From a virus (Duplodnaviria > Heunggongvirae > Uroviricota > Caudoviricetes), in IMG/VR virus record IMGVR_UViG_2740892270_000011: a stretch of DNA of 8,247 nt. One strand, given 5' to 3'. Below are positions 6,985 to 8,247 of this stretch, piece by piece (within the stretch, counting starts at the first letter, position 1; each line of letters starts with the position of its first letter). The notes below the pieces were generated by a model, which saw only the letters and a program-made list of their open reading frames with translations, had not been told where the DNA came from and ran no database searches. The translations under genes and the position numbers were made by a program.

Positions 6985-7140
6985 TTACTCCTCAGGTTCG
7001 TAAGCTGTGAAGACAGCGACCTCCGTCTGGCCGGTTCGAATTCGTACCTCGCAGAGGTCTTTCCTCGTTACCAGTGCCGTCACTATGACGGTTAAACAGA
7101 TGACGATCAGGGCGATTAACATCGCCTTTTGCTGCTTCAT
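6985..7140 (-). CDS. hok: Hok-family type I toxin (51 aa, single transmembrane helix); an in-frame upstream ATG at 7197 would give a 70-aa mok-like extension
   Basis: MKQQKAMLIALIVICLTVIVTALVTRKDLCEVRIRTGQTEVAVFTAYEPEE carries the Hok signature (LTRK.LCE.R, EVA.F.AYE). SD AAGGAG lies 9 nt before ATG 7140. Leader resembles hok mRNA leaders as recalled. Confidence 0.85.
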   Translation of the reverse strand: MKQQKAMLIALIVICLTVIVTALVTRKDLCEVRIRTGQTEVAVFTAYEPEE

Positions 7141-7188
7141 AGCCTGCTTCTCCTTGCCTTTCGGCACGTAAGAGGCTAACCTAGATTT

Positions 7189-7260
7189 GCCGTTCATAGA
7201 TTGAGCCTCAGATTAATGTTAAGCGTCTTGCCGGACGCGTAATGTTAACTGGGGCTTTTC
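7189..7260 (+). ncRNA. Candidate Sok-like antisense RNA opposite the hok leader and mok-like start; boundaries approximate
   Basis: Plus-strand promoter-like TTGCCT (7154..7159), 17-nt spacer, TAACCT (7177..7182) lies inside the hok 5' region in the position expected for sok. No clean terminator found. Confidence 0.25.
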
Positions 7261-7316
7261 TCTATCTGCCTTTTGGTGTTCATGCCTGAGACAGATAGCC
7301 TCAAGCACCCGCTGCA

Positions 7317-7344
7317 ATTCTACTTAACTCTCCTTTTCCCGCAA
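7317..7344 (-). promoter_or_regulatory. Candidate hok promoter (TTGCGG, 16-nt spacer, TAGAAT) with predicted transcript 5' end near 7310
   Basis: The -10 is at 7317..7322 and the -35 at 7339..7344 on the minus strand. The predicted mRNA begins GGGUGCUUGAGGCU..., resembling the 5' end of plasmid R1 hok mRNA as recalled. Confidence 0.45.
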
Positions 7345-7431
7345 ACCGTTTTTATCCCCAGCGGCAAATCGAATACACCACCAGCGCCACCGCCATCGCA
7401 ATTCCTACCGTTGTTAATGCTTCAGGCCAGG

Positions 7432-7776
7432 TCATCGTAAAATATCCTCCACGCTTATCAGTCCGTTCCGCTCCAGATAACTCATCGCCTTATCCGGTAA
7501 TTTGCAGTCTGGCTTCGCTTTCCTCAGTTGCCAGGTTAACTGCTTTACCAGCATGGTTAACTCATCGACCAGACGCTGATATCCCACTGGTTTGTATTCA
7601 TGCAATTTACCGGCTGGCTCTGCTGCCAGCGATACCAGTGCGATTTCCAGAACAGCAATATCCATCTTATATGTGCGGATGATGTCATGGTCGATTGTGC
7701 CCGGTATGCACAGTCTCTGTGCTTCAATAGTCTCCTCTGCGTGAGCTATTAACTGCTCTCTGGTAAAAGTCGTCAT
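7432..7776 (-). CDS. Hypothetical small protein B (114 aa), paralogous at its N-terminus to upstream gene A; unknown function
   Basis: ATG 7776 preceded by AGAAGGGG with a 7-nt spacer; start overlaps the stop of A (ATGA). Sequence [12 protein letters not shown]...[10 protein letters not shown]... Confidence 0.55.
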   Translation of the reverse strand: MTTFTREQLIAHAEETIEAQRLCIPGTIDHDIIRTYKMDIAVLEIALVSLAAEPAGKLHEYKPVGYQRLVDELTMLVKQLTWQLRKAKPDCKLPDKAMSYLERNGLISVEDILR

Positions 7777-7940
7777 GCCGTAGCCCCTTCTTGATATTTT
7801 TCAAACCAGAACACAACCGGCTCTGCTTCCAGCGATGCCAGCGCAATCCGTGCCAGTTCCATTTGTTCACCACGGGTAAGCCCGTTTTCAAGCGGGTTTT
7901 TAATGAACAATTCAATACGTTCTTTGGTAATAGTGGTCAT
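7773..7940 (-). CDS. Hypothetical small protein A (55 aa), translationally coupled to B; absent from the supplied ORF track because it is short
   Basis: ATG 7940 preceded by AAGGAG with a 6-nt spacer. Hand translation [55 protein letters not shown] with TGA at 7773..7775. Confidence 0.5.
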   Translation of the reverse strand: MTTITKERIELFIKNPLENGLTRGEQMELARIALASLEAEPVVFWFEKYQEGATA

Positions 7941-7950
7941 GTGTTACTCC

Positions 7951-8181
7951 TTAACCCGCAGTGCTTTCAACTGATGAGGGGAACAAAATCTTTTCATCAA
8001 ACCCTGCATTCATATCATGAACAGCAACACACCAATCCATCGACGAACGATTATCAAGAGCCTCCATGATTTCATCCATGCGGCGTAGGTCATACAGGTA
8101 AATGCTTTTATCGCCAATGGTGTAAAAGCCAATTTTTTTCGGTGATGGATGAGGTGTACTGGCAATAGCGGACACTACCAT
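7951..8181 (-). CDS. Hypothetical ORF76; its first 10 codons lie in the right arm of the inverted repeat, so it may be a truncated or chimeric gene
   Basis: Open frame whose TAA stop (7951..7953) sits inside the SD region of gene A, an operon-like arrangement. No clear SD before ATG 8181; coding quality uncertain. Confidence 0.35.
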   Translation of the reverse strand: MVVSAIASTPHPSPKKIGFYTIGDKSIYLYDLRRMDEIMEALDNRSSMDWCVAVHDMNAGFDEKILFPSSVESTAG

Positions 8182-8210
8182 TTGTTCTTTTTTTAAGCAG
8201 CCATCTGATG
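8150..8210. repeat. Right arm of the perfect 61-bp inverted repeat (partner 1..61); carries a detached copy of the 3' end of the DUF1737-like gene
   Basis: Plus strand here encodes ..RCTGNSGHYHLFFF* as at the left arm, but the frame is closed by TGA at 8143..8145 just upstream. Confidence 0.9.
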
Positions 8211-8247
8211 ATATTTTTCCCTGAAGGCTGCCGGGGAGATATTCCCC

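Noticed and set aside
7352-7396. 14-codon minus-strand mini-ORF (MAVALVVYSICRWG) with an AGGAA SD just downstream of B
   Set aside because: Too short to call without conservation or ribosome-profiling evidence; it lies where the hok promoter region begins and may be chance.
7724-8069. ORFs 7724..7915 (minus) and 7791..8069 (plus) overlapping genes A, B and ORF76
   Set aside because: Out of frame with or antisense to A and B, which have strong SD sequences and ATGA coupling.

Overview
The window reads as the late-regulatory and nin-proximal part of an enterobacterial (E. coli-like) lambdoid prophage, coded almost entirely on the minus strand (transcribed right to left). Gene order in the direction of transcription is: ORF76, coupled small paralogues A and B, an autonomous hok locus, ORF93, a DUF968-like protein, rusA, a Q-like antiterminator, a tR'-like terminator, tRNA-Arg(UCU), an AT-rich unknown gene, a beta-class DNA methyltransferase, a partial ileZ-like tRNA, a hairpin-rich spacer, a plus-strand AT-rich ORF, and a DUF1737-like small gene. 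Five N blocks (250-264 nt each) hide the 3' end of the Q-like gene and any late promoter, the 5' end of rusA, the 3' end of the unknown cargo gene, the 3' part of the ileZ-like tRNA, and the region upstream of tRNA-Arg; every boundary touching them is uncertain. The most notable observations are a perfect 61-bp inverted repeat bracketing almost the whole window, the coupled paralogous small-gene pair upstream of hok (where I recall relBE sitting in K-12 Qin), and a methyltransferase-plus-unknown-gene cargo between two phage tRNAs in the slot where Stx phages carry stx. No CRISPR array, transposase, integrase or Shiga toxin gene is visible. All family assignments come from motif and synteny recognition without a database search.
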